Shown here one piece after another: positions 48,912 to 59,439 of a stretch of 64,000 bases of DNA. The stretch is from the IMG/VR virus record IMGVR_UViG_3300023179_000026, positions 64,001-128,000 of that record; one strand, given 5' to 3'. Every line of letters begins with the position of its first letter. The stretch's first letter is position 1. Source of the DNA: a virus. A program made the position numbers and the translations under genes. A model generated the notes under the pieces. The model saw only the letters and a list, made by a program, of their open reading frames with translations, ran no database searches and had not been told where the DNA came from.

Positions 48912-50021
48912 TTATGCACCAGGCGGTATCCCAGGAGGACTTGTCGGTGTTGTTACATTATTTGAACCCGATATAACTTGATTATTACTTGGTTTAAATG
49001 TTGGGAACTTAAAGTTTGCTGCTGTTGCTACTGCTAATTGACCAACACCTTCAGTTAATTCTGCTTTTGCTGCTGCCTTCAATCCTGATTTTGTTAGATT
49101 CTTTGAAGCTGTAATGCCTTTTATAGCTGCACCTATAAAATTACCTGCGCTTAAATCTTGTTGTATACCTAATGCTGCATCAATTAAACCACCTTGACCC
49201 ATAATAGTATTACGTGTACCTGCTTTAGTAATTGGGCTTTTCTCCAAATCATAATGTGATGCCTGTCCAAAACCTTGTACAATTTGATCAGGTGTATTAC
49301 CATTTAATGCACCATCATAATACTTTACATACTCATATCGAATTGACATACGATTTTCCATTGTAGAACTAGTTTGATAATAATCATATGTATCATGTTG
49401 CCATGAATCAATAATTGGATTGACTAATTGATACAATGCAAAATTGTGTTGGTTAAAACCGTAAATATTTATATTTCTAAAAAATGGAACTTTACCTGTT
49501 GCTAAAGATACAGTTTGTGGAGTAGGATTAAGTTCTACGCCTGTATATCCCCACTGATCAGGTGGCAATTCAGGTAGATATTGATTAGCTGTACTAGCTG
49601 CACTATTGTTTTCGTTGTTAGGATCACCAATATTGTAGCTATAGTAAGCATACCATAATTTACGAATTAAGTTTGTGTTATCATCATGGAATGTTATTTG
49701 TACGGGATCATATTTGATTTTTGTTTGCACAAAACGATGATGGTTATACTGATTTAAATCATGTAAATCAAATGAATATTTTGGCAAGTCTACACTTTTT
49801 ACCGCTAATCCAAAGTTTTTATCAGTAGGGAACAGTTGAGATTGATTAACAAATTGTTCGTTAATATCAAAGTATACATGAAATAGCCACTTAAACTTTG
49901 GTGAATAACCAAACCCATTTGTAATAAATGTTTTTGAAGCGTGTTGGTAATCTTTTAAAAATTTGCGACCGAAGAGTTCTTCAGTCGCACCTGCCAACAC
50001 TTGTTGGAAAAAACCTGCCAT
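48912..50021 (-). CDS. tail tube-related baseplate/tube initiator protein (gp19/gp54 fold)
   Basis: VKSVDLPKY...LNQYN...KIKYDPVQITFHDD; adjacent to tail tube gene. Confidence 0.7.
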   Translation of the reverse strand: MAGFFQQVLAGATEELFGRKFLKDYQHASKTFITNGFGYSPKFKWLFHVYFDINEQFVNQSQLFPTDKNFGLAVKSVDLPKYSFDLHDLNQYNHHRFVQTKIKYDPVQITFHDDNTNLIRKLWYAYYSYNIGDPNNENNSAASTANQYLPELPPDQWGYTGVELNPTPQTVSLATGKVPFFRNINIYGFNQHNFALYQLVNPIIDSWQHDTYDYYQTSSTMENRMSIRYEYVKYYDGALNGNTPDQIVQGFGQASHYDLEKSPITKAGTRNTIMGQGGLIDAALGIQQDLSAGNFIGAAIKGITASKNLTKSGLKAAAKAELTEGVGQLAVATAANFKFPTFKPSNNQVISGSNNVTTPTSPPGIPPGA

Positions 50022-50034
50022 AAAATTATACTAA

Positions 50035-50673
50035 TTAGCCACCAACACCACTTACATTGGTAAGAACTTGACGTGCTACTGCTGCACCAACACCCTGTTG
50101 AATACCACTTTCTGTAGGTGTTTGTACTGCATTATCATAACGAATTGTCAATGAAATTGTTACAGGTTCATTTGTACCATAATTTAATGTATTATAGTTT
50201 GCATTTTGAATAAAGCAACCATAAAGTTCCCATGTTTCTAGCACTGTTGGAACATGAATACCGCCACCACCATCAAGAATTTGAATTGTAGTTTGGAACT
50301 TATAGCTGCTACCTGCTGCCGCACTTGCTTGCTCTTCAAAATCAAATTGCTTTTGAATTTGTTCGCCAACACGCATAGCAACTGCACCCGTAGCATCATC
50401 ACGTAAGTTTACAGTAATTGCTTGCCACTCAGGTTTACCTGCCAAATATACACGACTGTTGTAAATTTCTAAAGGAATCTCAGGAAAACTTACTTGTGGA
50501 CGTGATACATCAATGACCTGTTTGGTTAATTCAGTAGTTACTTTATCAACACCAATGTTTTGAAACAATACACGAAAACGGTATTGTAACTTTGGCATCA
50601 ACAAACCTTGGCTATCACCCCCTACATCACTACCAACAGGTACTGTCATTTTTGAGATTGAACTGAAACTCAT
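50035..50673 (-). CDS. tail tube protein (gp19-like)
   Basis: MPKLQYRFRV, VSRPQVSF, YLAGKPEW..ITV.LRDD, TWELYGCF, LTIRYDNA. Confidence 0.85.
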   Translation of the reverse strand: MSFSSISKMTVPVGSDVGGDSQGLLMPKLQYRFRVLFQNIGVDKVTTELTKQVIDVSRPQVSFPEIPLEIYNSRVYLAGKPEWQAITVNLRDDATGAVAMRVGEQIQKQFDFEEQASAAAGSSYKFQTTIQILDGGGGIHVPTVLETWELYGCFIQNANYNTLNYGTNEPVTISLTIRYDNAVQTPTESGIQQGVGAAVARQVLTNVSGVGG

Positions 50674-50763
50674 TTTAAATTTCTCCTTATCTGTATTTAT
50701 ATTAGTTTAAACAACAGCATGCATAAATACTTTATACTACTTTGATGGGGATATCGAGCCAAC

Positions 50764-52377
50764 ATGTCAATAACTTGTAAAATTTGCAATAAGATATTTG
50801 AGAAACAAATTACCAACAGTCATTTAAAAACACACAATGTAAGCACTCAAGACTACAAAATTAAATATGGTGAATTATCATCATCATTATACAAAAAAGA
50901 ATTAAGTGTAAGCAGAAAAGGTGAAAACAACAGTAATTATGGAAATAAATGGAATGATGAGCAAAAATTAAATGTATCAGAAAAAAATAAAAACAAAATT
51001 CCGTGGAATAAGGATAAAAAAATTGAGCCAAGTAGTAAATTGCTTGATAGCATTGTAGAAAGAGAAGAAAAATATAAAAAAGGTATTTTAGTACGTTCTT
51101 ATGGCAGAACAGTTTCTGATGAAACTAAACAACGTATAAGCACAAAAGTAAAAAACTATGCGGATAGTAACAAAGAAAAATTAAGAGAAAGGGCAATAAA
51201 AGCTACTCAAACCAAAAGAATAAATGGGTACGATTTTGGTTCGGTCATGCGTAATAAAAAACATAATGAAGAAACAAAAAAACTTATATCTGAAAAATCA
51301 AAAATAGCAAACAAAATTAAAGTTGAAGATTCTTTTTTAAAACGATTGGAATATATTAAAGAAGCTAATTTAACCTTGCTTAATGAAGAAAATAAGTTAT
51401 TAACTTTAAATTGCAAAGTATGTAATTCAGTTTTTTCATTAACACGACAGTGTTTTACTGAATCAAAATTCAGAAAAAATTGGTGTCAAGTATGTTATCC
51501 CATTGAAACAAATTTTAGAAGTAAACATGAAATTGAATTATTTGAATTCGTAAAATCATTATCTGCAGACAGTGTAAACTCAAATCGACAACTATTATCA
51601 AAAAAAGAGGTAGACATTTATGTACCTAAAACAAAAATTGCGATAGAGTTTAATGGTTTATATTGGCATAGTGAGGATGTTTTGCAAAAACAAGGCAAAT
51701 CTAAACTATCTGATTATGAAAAGATGAAACAGTTAAATTCAATGAACATAAAATATATTGGTGTATTTGAAGACGAATGGATATACAAGCAAGAAATCGT
51801 AAAGAGCAGAATAAAAAATATATTGGGTTGCACAAGTAATATTGTTTATGGTAGAAAATGCAAGGTGAAAGAAATTTCATCTAAAGAAGCTTCTACTTTT
51901 TGTGACAATAATCACATACAAGGACGTGGCAGAAGTAATGCTCGTTATGGATTATTTTATAATGACGAACTTATCTCTGTTATGACATTTAGCAAAACAA
52001 ATTTATCACGTAAAATTATTAATTGGGAAATTAATAGATTTTGTCATAAAATTAATACTTCAGTAATTGGTGGAGCAAGCAAATTATTTGCAGCTTTTAT
52101 TAAAGATTACAATCCTGATTGTGTAATATCATATGCTGATAGTCGATGGAGTGAAGGTAATGTATATAAAGCTTTAGAGTTTTCATATATGTCATCAACA
52201 AAACCTAGTTATTGGTATTTCCTTCCCAACGAACTTAAAAGAATACATAGATTTTCCTTGAGAAAAAATGAAAATGATGATAAAAATTTAACAGAACAAG
52301 AAATAAGACAAGCAGAAGGTTTTATGAAAATATGGGATTGTGGAAATACTAAATGGATATGGAAAAAGGGGCATTAA
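50764..52377 (+). mobile_element. free-standing Hef-like homing endonuclease (NUMOD-like repeats, PD-(D/E)xK nuclease, GNAT-like C-terminus)
   Basis: EVDIYVP..KIAIEFNGLYWHS, EDEW, NHIQG, EINRF, GGASKLF, SYAD.RWS.G, IWDCG; inverted between sheath and tube genes. Confidence 0.75.
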
Positions 52378-52388
52378 GCCCCTTTTTT
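52363..52388. terminator. bidirectional intrinsic terminator
   Basis: AAAAA-GGGGC-ATTAA-GCCCC-TTTTTT between the convergent endonuclease and sheath genes. Confidence 0.85.
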
Positions 52389-52406
52389 AGTACGATATAA
52401 TTACTA

Positions 52407-55400
52407 TTATACCCCTGCTGCGATCTCACCCGTATTCAAAATACGAACAGGGATATAAATAAATTCAACCGCTTTAACAGGTTCAATTGCTATATCGATC
52501 CATAATTGATTAGCATCAATTCTAGCAGGAGTGTTATTACTTTCATCACACACTACGAGATAATCGTAAAGACCACGCTTTGATTGAACATCAGCTAACA
52601 ATGTTTGAACCACTGCTCTTGCTTGTGAACGTGTAATTACATCATTAGGTTCAAATATGAACGGACGTACTGCTTGTTGTAAACGCTCACGTAAGTAGCA
52701 AATTAAACGTGCTACATTTGTACGATCAAGTGCACTTTGACTATCAAAGCTATTCTTATTACCAAAGTTGAGTAAACCAATATTAGTAAAGAATGCTACA
52801 GGATTGATAAAGTTTGTGTACTCAATATTACGCAATGCTAAACGATTCTTTGTTACAACAAATTCGCCCGTTGCTGCATCTATGTAACCAATGTTTGTTG
52901 CATTGTCTACAATACCTCTACGCTGACCTGCAGGAGCAAACCATGGGTAAGCAATTGTATCGTTACGTAAAATAGTACGTAAGATCATATAGCTTGGTGG
53001 TAATGCCACTGCTGCACCTGATAAATCACTACCAAGACAACTTGGATAATAGATACCCATGTATGTATCACGTGTGACTAATCCTTCTTCCCCTGTTGAT
53101 GAAGCACCTGCTGCATTGGTTGCCCATGCTGAAATTGCATTAGCATCATCTGCTAAACGCATTGGTGTATCACCTACAATGTATGCAGTTTGTCCACGAT
53201 CATTGTTTAAAACAACCATGTTGGGCTGCAATTCAGGATAGTTTGGTGTAGCCATTAAGTTAAAGTATGTGTCTTCTTCACGAACCTGTTGATTTGTATC
53301 GATAGAAGCTTTCATTGCTGATACAACCATTGCACGTTGTGCTTTACGACCCATATATGGTGCACCATTTGTCATATTACCGCTTGTAGTTACCCATGTA
53401 TATGTAAACTCAGGCAAGCTTCCAGGCGTTGACGTTGGACTTACATAAGCACCTGCATCAGGATAGTTAGCTTGTGTAAAATAATTTGTTCTAAATTGTT
53501 TTACATTGTAACCACTACGACGAGTGTTAAACAATAATGTACCACGTGGGTATAATGTGTAGCTTGGTGCATCTAAATCAATGTAATTGCTTGATAATAA
53601 ACTTACAATAGTTGGAATTGCATCATTGATAGGATCCACACCACTGTTTGGTCCCCAACGTCCATCAGCAAATACAACACCATTTTCTGTAACTTGATCG
53701 GTATTGTCAATTAATACCCACTGATTTAAACCATCAACTTGTTGCCAACGATTAATAACAGGATAGTTTTCTAAATCACTTGTATCAATCCAAATATCAC
53801 CATAAACAAGAGCTGTACCATCACTTTGTGTTGTTGGCTCACTTGCACTAACGATTGGACCGTTTGGATCAGTAGTACCTGTTGCTGTAGCACTCCATAA
53901 ACCATTTGAACCATATTGTGCATTACGGTATCCAACCCATTGTGTACCTGTGTTTACCATAATATCTACTTCATCAACTACACTGTAATACCAATTTGTA
54001 TTGTTAGTTGGTGCTGTGCTTGGGCGAACATCATTTGATGTATAATTAAACTCATCCCAATTACTCAATGCTGTCATATAAACAGGACTCATTTGTCCAC
54101 TATATGGTAACAATGAAACTACTGCTCCACCTGCTGCTACAACATAACATGTAATTGTGCTAGATACATAGGGTGACAATGCTGTACCACCTAATGTTAC
54201 AATATCACCTGTTACATAACCTGTACCACCTGAGACAGAAATAGTATTAATTGTATAACCTGTATAGATAATACCTGTCACAGCAGCACCTGTTCCTGTA
54301 CCACCTGTTACAGTAAATGTACCTGCGGTTGGTCCTGTGGTTTGTAGTGTAACTTGAGAAACGTCACCTGGCTTGCTGCCTGTTGGGGCACCTGTACCTG
54401 AAGTTAATGCTAAACCTGCTGTATCAATTGCAGTATTAGTATAACCATTTGAATCAAGTAAGATTTGTCCACCTTCAGTATGAGTAAGAACAACTGCTCC
54501 TGTTGTAGATACTGATGCTGTTGTATAAGGAATATTTGCTGCTGACCATGCATCAACAAAATCCTGTGCACCTTTAGCTGCTACTGTTACAGGTAATGAA
54601 ACTACATAACGACTTGACAACGATGTGCTACCAGGTGTACTCACATACACACCAAAACTTGATGCTCCTGTACCAAAGTTTGGACTAGTATTTGTTCCTG
54701 TGAAAATTGAAGCACCTGTTGCACTTCTACGGAATAATTGCAATGGTGCAGCATTATCTGAACCACTAAAACCATATTGTGCATAAATTGTGTTTACAGC
54801 AATATTCTTTCCACCTGCGCTGTCTAATGCTGCACTTGCGCTTTGATCATTGCTATACAATGGGCATGATAAAGAAACAAATGTATCAGTAGCTGCTGTG
54901 TAACGACTTGTTACTAAGTTTGTACCTTGGTTAGCACTATTTGTCTTAACCCATACACTACCTGTTGGACGTGCAGTTGCTGCTGAACGCCAATTAGGTT
55001 GTTGTGCATTGTTACCATAGAATACTGTAGGAGCATTATAGGTACCTGTTGTAAAACCAAATTGTGCCCAACTTGCACCACTTGCACCATCTGATAATGT
55101 AATTGTTGAATCATACAATGATGTTTGGAAAATATTAACACGTGAATTTACACAAACTGCTTTTAATATTGGCACATCAGGAATAGCATTAATTGCTGCT
55201 GCTAAACTTGCTGCACTTGTGCCTGAAGCAAATGTTTCAGTAAATGTTTGGGCACCACGTGTTACAGAAATTGTTAAATTAACTGATCCACCTACTGTTA
55301 TCGCACCACCTTGTAAAATGGGGACTGAACTTAACCAATCTTGGCTACCTACTGCAACCCATGTGTTATAATAGTTGTCACCTGAATCAAGATATTCACC

Positions 55401-56030
55401 TGCTTTATACCAATAAGTATGAAACGCATCAGGATCACCATAATCAGTCACGCCCGTTACCACTGCATAATCGCCAATGTTACCAACATAACCTTCAGGT
55501 TCTTGTGTTGAACCTACTACATCATCGCTACTATCAACAACGATAGGTGTTTGTACATTAAACAAACCTGTGGTTGCATTAAACTCAAACATACCCCATG
55601 TACTATTTGTTGTATCTAACCAATAAGTACCATCAGCAGGATCACCTAATGGGCGACTAACCTGTCCAACTAAACTTGCTAAATCAATGTCAGCACGTAA
55701 AACGTAACAAAGATTTGTTGCACCTAATACACTGTATGCGGTCATTAAACCATATTCATTAAGCTCATAACCTTGAATAGGTGTACCATTTGTGGTTTTA
55801 TAGAAAAATGGATTACCGTATAGTGTAACTAAATCACGCTGACTTGTTACACGATATAATTTATTCGCATTTGCTGCGGTAGTTGCTACAGCGACTCCTG
55901 TGCCCGAAGCATTTGCCTTATTTTGTGCTGTTGCTACCAACACCATTGGAACTGAATTTGAACCTGCGGGTAAGTACTGACTTTGGTCGATGATAGTAAC
56001 TTCCACGCCTGGCGAAACTAATGTAGCCAT
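52407..56030 (-). CDS. tail sheath protein (gp18-like) with large insertion
   Basis: LVSPGVEVTIIDQS N-terminus; C-terminal PWFAPAG.RRG, LDRTNVARL, FIFEPND, VCDESNNTP, IEPVKAVEFIYIP. Confidence 0.95.
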   Translation of the reverse strand: MATLVSPGVEVTIIDQSQYLPAGSNSVPMVLVATAQNKANASGTGVAVATTAANANKLYRVTSQRDLVTLYGNPFFYKTTNGTPIQGYELNEYGLMTAYSVLGATNLCYVLRADIDLASLVGQVSRPLGDPADGTYWLDTTNSTWGMFEFNATTGLFNVQTPIVVDSSDDVVGSTQEPEGYVGNIGDYAVVTGVTDYGDPDAFHTYWYKAGEYLDSGDNYYNTWVAVGSQDWLSSVPILQGGAITVGGSVNLTISVTRGAQTFTETFASGTSAASLAAAINAIPDVPILKAVCVNSRVNIFQTSLYDSTITLSDGASGASWAQFGFTTGTYNAPTVFYGNNAQQPNWRSAATARPTGSVWVKTNSANQGTNLVTSRYTAATDTFVSLSCPLYSNDQSASAALDSAGGKNIAVNTIYAQYGFSGSDNAAPLQLFRRSATGASIFTGTNTSPNFGTGASSFGVYVSTPGSTSLSSRYVVSLPVTVAAKGAQDFVDAWSAANIPYTTASVSTTGAVVLTHTEGGQILLDSNGYTNTAIDTAGLALTSGTGAPTGSKPGDVSQVTLQTTGPTAGTFTVTGGTGTGAAVTGIIYTGYTINTISVSGGTGYVTGDIVTLGGTALSPYVSSTITCYVVAAGGAVVSLLPYSGQMSPVYMTALSNWDEFNYTSNDVRPSTAPTNNTNWYYSVVDEVDIMVNTGTQWVGYRNAQYGSNGLWSATATGTTDPNGPIVSASEPTTQSDGTALVYGDIWIDTSDLENYPVINRWQQVDGLNQWVLIDNTDQVTENGVVFADGRWGPNSGVDPINDAIPTIVSLLSSNYIDLDAPSYTLYPRGTLLFNTRRSGYNVKQFRTNYFTQANYPDAGAYVSPTSTPGSLPEFTYTWVTTSGNMTNGAPYMGRKAQRAMVVSAMKASIDTNQQVREEDTYFNLMATPNYPELQPNMVVLNNDRGQTAYIVGDTPMRLADDANAISAWATNAAGASSTGEEGLVTRDTYMGIYYPSCLGSDLSGAAVALPPSYMILRTILRNDTIAYPWFAPAGQRRGIVDNATNIGYIDAATGEFVVTKNRLALRNIEYTNFINPVAFFTNIGLLNFGNKNSFDSQSALDRTNVARLICYLRERLQQAVRPFIFEPNDVITRSQARAVVQTLLADVQSKRGLYDYLVVCDESNNTPARIDANQLWIDIAIEPVKAVEFIYIPVRILNTGEIAAGV

Positions 56031-56738
56031 TTATAATTCTCCTAAAATTTTATAAAGTTTTCTTTTTGTTATGTTTAGTGTTTCTAAACATTCTTTACGG
56101 GTTCGGTATGTAACACCGTCAACTGTTATTGGTTTAGCATTTGCGTTTTTACCACCTTTTCTACTATCACCAATTGTTTCCCTCATTTTTTGTAATGACT
56201 CACTATTATGAGTTTTTCCATAAAAAGGATTTGATTGACCAGGAAAACCAAATTTTGATTTACGTTCTTCTGGGGTAAACTCATTCCATTTTTTTTGTAC
56301 ACTATGAGAAATTCTTTTTTTCACATCATTCGTTGGATTATACGGATTTAATGTTTTACTCTTACTAATTGCTTCTTTATGCGTTTCAGTTTTTGCTTTA
56401 CCAAGCAACGCTTTTGAGGTATTTTTACTAATTTTTTGATTTACTAAATTACCAAGATTTCCACCCTGACCACCGAGAGCTATATTGTAAGACTGCTTAT
56501 TATGAATTAAGTTTTCATTTACTAGCTCTCTTTCTTTTATTTCCATATCTATTTGATTTTCAAAAATAAAGAGTATTTCACGAGTAAAATTTTCAATACC
56601 ATATTTCTTGATAGCTTTAGTTAAACTTAATCCACTTCCAAAATAACCATCATCAATCACATCAGTAGAATGCTTACCAATGTAAAATTTGCCATTCAAC
56701 TTGTTAGTTGTTTTGTATATGACGTGACATTTTTTCAT
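56031..56738 (-). mobile_element. GIY-YIG homing endonuclease (Seg-like, NUMOD3 motifs)
   Basis: VIYKTTNKLNGKFYIGKHST, YFGSG, KYGIENF, E..L, YN...GG.GG; NPFYGKTH; start refined to ATG 56738. Confidence 0.9.
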
Positions 56739-56814
56739 AAAAGTATTTAGTGTAAAAGTCTTAAAAATGACCTTTAACACCTCTACTAGTAGAGTTGCGC
56801 ATATAAATAGCAAA

Positions 56815-57159
56815 ATGAGACCATTTTGCAAAGTTTGTAACAAAAATCCACGTGCTCCTGCTTACTACAGAAATGGTAAGCGTTATTTTAGAGCAAGATG
56901 TAATGCTTGCATCACAGCAAATAAACAACTTAAAAAACTCAAACCAAGGTGGGAGTTAAAAAACTACAAAAAGAAAACTACATGTGACATGTGTAATTTT
57001 CGTGCTCAATTTCCATCACAAATTACAGTATGGCATATTGATGGTAACCTAAACAATTGTGAGTTAATTAATTTACGTAGTATATGTTTAAATTGTGTAG
57101 AAGTTGTCAAGCGTAAACAGACTGTATGGAAAGTTGGCGATCTTGAAGTAGACTATTAA
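56815..57159 (+). CDS. small Zn-binding HNH-like protein
   Basis: CxxC pairs and VWHIDGNLNNC...NLRSICLNC (first His of the HH pair replaced by W); start refined to ATG 56815. Confidence 0.7.
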   Translation: MRPFCKVCNKNPRAPAYYRNGKRYFRARCNACITANKQLKKLKPRWELKNYKKKTTCDMCNFRAQFPSQITVWHIDGNLNNCELINLRSICLNCVEVVKRKQTVWKVGDLEVDY

Positions 57160-57769
57160 TTTTTTTATGTAAATCATCAATAGTAGAATCATTTTCAATA
57201 ACAGCATCAAATTGTAATCCACAATGGCTATATTCACTTGCATGAATTTTTGCATGTTCTAATTCATTTCTTGCTAGTGCCCATCCCATATTTTTTGGTC
57301 CTGAGTTGTATGATACTGCTGCTTCATACCAAGACGGTTCAGCACCACGCTTGACACGAACAACAATACCACCTGAACGATGTATAGCATCAACTTCATT
57401 TTTAAAACGACAATCTGTTATAACAATGTTATCTTCAGTTTTAATCAACTTACGTTCTACGCTAGCTACCCATATTTCATCATGAAAGTGATTACGAAAT
57501 AATTCTGTGCCCCAATGTTGTAGTATCATACGTGGAGTAAGATTGGGTATACCTAAACGTTCAGCCCACCATGTATCTACTTGTTCTCGCCATAGTCTAC
57601 TCGATTTTGTTACTCCATCAAGCATTTCACGATCCCATCCAAACACAGCAGCTACTGTGTCTTTTAACGACTCAGCAAATGAAATACGCCTAAATCCATG
57701 CTCATCAATTAAGTAACTTGCTATAGTGTCTTTACCACTGCCAATTAATCCGCAAATTCCAACAATCAT
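57107..57769 (-). CDS. deoxynucleoside monophosphate kinase (T4 gp1-like)
   Basis: IVGICGLIGSGKDT, SFAESLK, TPRMILQHWGTE, VITDCRF.NE, HASE. Confidence 0.92.
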   Translation of the reverse strand: MIVGICGLIGSGKDTIASYLIDEHGFRRISFAESLKDTVAAVFGWDREMLDGVTKSSRLWREQVDTWWAERLGIPNLTPRMILQHWGTELFRNHFHDEIWVASVERKLIKTEDNIVITDCRFKNEVDAIHRSGGIVVRVKRGAEPSWYEAAVSYNSGPKNMGWALARNELEHAKIHASEYSHCGLQFDAVIENDSTIDDLHKKINSLLQDRQLSIQSVYA

Positions 57770-57789
57770 AATGCCCTCCACATAGGCGT

Positions 57790-57817
57790 ATTATGTCATA
57801 CTTATTACAGATTTCAA
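57790..57817 (-). promoter_or_regulatory. sigma70-type promoter TTGAAA-N16-CATAAT with extended TGn
   Basis: Read on minus strand upstream of dNMP kinase. Confidence 0.55.
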
Positions 57818-57821
57818 GTAA

Positions 57822-58451
57822 TTACGATTTTTGTATGTTCCAAGTTGCAATTTTAGATGGTACGATAACTCCTCTTGGTGCACTAAATTTACCTATATCT
57901 AATGTATCTTGCCACCATACACCATCATAGCCTAATTCTTCTGCATAAAGTGGTAATACATAATCAATCACTGAAGTTGGGGTCATTCTTGGATTTTTAG
58001 TCAATGTTTTTAGTTTATCAGTTGGTTTATACGACCCTGCTATTTTCTTAATATCGCTTTCATCATCAGCTTCAATTTTAGCTTGCTCATATGAATCATA
58101 ATCTGAATAAACTTCAGAATCTAGCTCATCATCATAATAACTAACACGGTATACAATACTTGGTTCTAACAAACCACTTTTAACTGCCCATTGTTGTATT
58201 TCACTTTTAGCAGTCTTATTTAAATTATTAGCACTTAAAAATTTGTTACCACTTTTTTGTAGTACATAGGTATCCCCTGTTACAAATCCTTTTGCAATTC
58301 TTCTCCATGCATCAGGATGTGTACTTACACTTAGCCCTGCACCTTCGTAACTGCCTTCACGCTTTTTAGATGCATCTAAGTTACCAACGTGATATAATTG
58401 CTTAAAACTTTTTGTTGGTATTTTAGATTCAAATAAGTCACTAATTCGCAC
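57822..58451 (-). CDS. single-domain ADP-ribosyltransferase-like protein with leader MRISDLFE
   Basis: LYHVG, GLSVS, LGYDGVWW motifs echo the ART repeats at 11427-13730. Confidence 0.55.
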   Translation of the reverse strand: MRISDLFESKIPTKSFKQLYHVGNLDASKKREGSYEGAGLSVSTHPDAWRRIAKGFVTGDTYVLQKSGNKFLSANNLNKTAKSEIQQWAVKSGLLEPSIVYRVSYYDDELDSEVYSDYDSYEQAKIEADDESDIKKIAGSYKPTDKLKTLTKNPRMTPTSVIDYVLPLYAEELGYDGVWWQDTLDIGKFSAPRGVIVPSKIATWNIQKS

Positions 58452-59225
58452 TTAACCTTGTACCCAAGTTAAAGGTTGTGACCAATCTACATAACGTTTT
58501 AGCTCATCAACAAGTTCCGCAAAGCCTTCTTTAGCCTCAGCTTTCATTTGTGCACCGTTTAATGATGTGCCACCCGTTGGTCCTGCAATCGATGTAAACT
58601 TTTCTCTAGCTTCACCAATAATCATCTTACACTGACATAATGTCCAACTTATTATCCAATTCGCAATCGATGGGTCACGTAATAGTGTAATTTCAGGTTT
58701 TTGGTTATATGTCCATAATAATAACTGTTCACCACTACCTTTAAAATTACGCACAAAACTAATTTCTTTAGTTACAGGATTAAATGTAAAAATAACATAA
58801 CCACCAAACATACGTGCAGCTAATTCTATATAACCTGCATAAAAGTCATAAGTTGCTAAACCACCTGCATAGTTATAGTTTAACAAGTATGTATTTAAAA
58901 TCGCACTAGAAAATGGATCAAATGATGAAGCAGCAGGTCCTGTCTCTAAACCAACTGTTCTACGAAATACTTCACGTACTGTAGTAACTTCTTGTGGAAG
59001 AATATAAGTATATTGATTACTTTCTACAGTGAGTAAACTATATGATTCTTCATAAGCATTTTGGGCACGTTGACGATATGTTGCGATTGCATATTGATAT
59101 GCTGCTTCATAGTGTTCAGGATCTAATTCAAGATCAATAATTCCTCCACCCAAACGCAAGCGAACATTGTTAAATAAAGCTTCTTTTTGGGTTTGTAACG
59201 GTGGTAGTACAGGTGTAACAGCCAT
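58452..59225 (-). CDS. neck protein (gp13-like)
   Basis: VRLRLGG.IIDLELD..HY..A, C-terminal K...GEAR.KF..I.GP.GG..LNG..MK.EA. Confidence 0.82.
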   Translation of the reverse strand: MAVTPVLPPLQTQKEALFNNVRLRLGGGIIDLELDPEHYEAAYQYAIATYRQRAQNAYEESYSLLTVESNQYTYILPQEVTTVREVFRRTVGLETGPAASSFDPFSSAILNTYLLNYNYAGGLATYDFYAGYIELAARMFGGYVIFTFNPVTKEISFVRNFKGSGEQLLLWTYNQKPEITLLRDPSIANWIISWTLCQCKMIIGEAREKFTSIAGPTGGTSLNGAQMKAEAKEGFAELVDELKRYVDWSQPLTWVQG

Positions 59226-59253
59226 AATATTACTCTCTAGTTGATAGGAGTAT

Positions 59254-59439
59254 TTATTCTGTTTTACCTTCTTCTACATCTTCCATGTACATATCACCAC
59301 ATTGTGGACACACAAAGCAGCATGCTTGCTGTACATAAACAAACCCATTGACATGTCCGCATTTACCTTGCAAGATATCAAAAGTTGATTTTTCTGTATA
59401 GGTATTTAAACGCTCAACTGCATTAAAAAATTGGTTCAC
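59254..59439 (-). CDS. small Cys-containing hypothetical protein
   Basis: CGH...CCFVCPQCG possible Zn ribbon. Confidence 0.45.
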   Translation of the reverse strand: MNQFFNAVERLNTYTEKSTFDILQGKCGHVNGFVYVQQACCFVCPQCGDMYMEDVEEGKTE

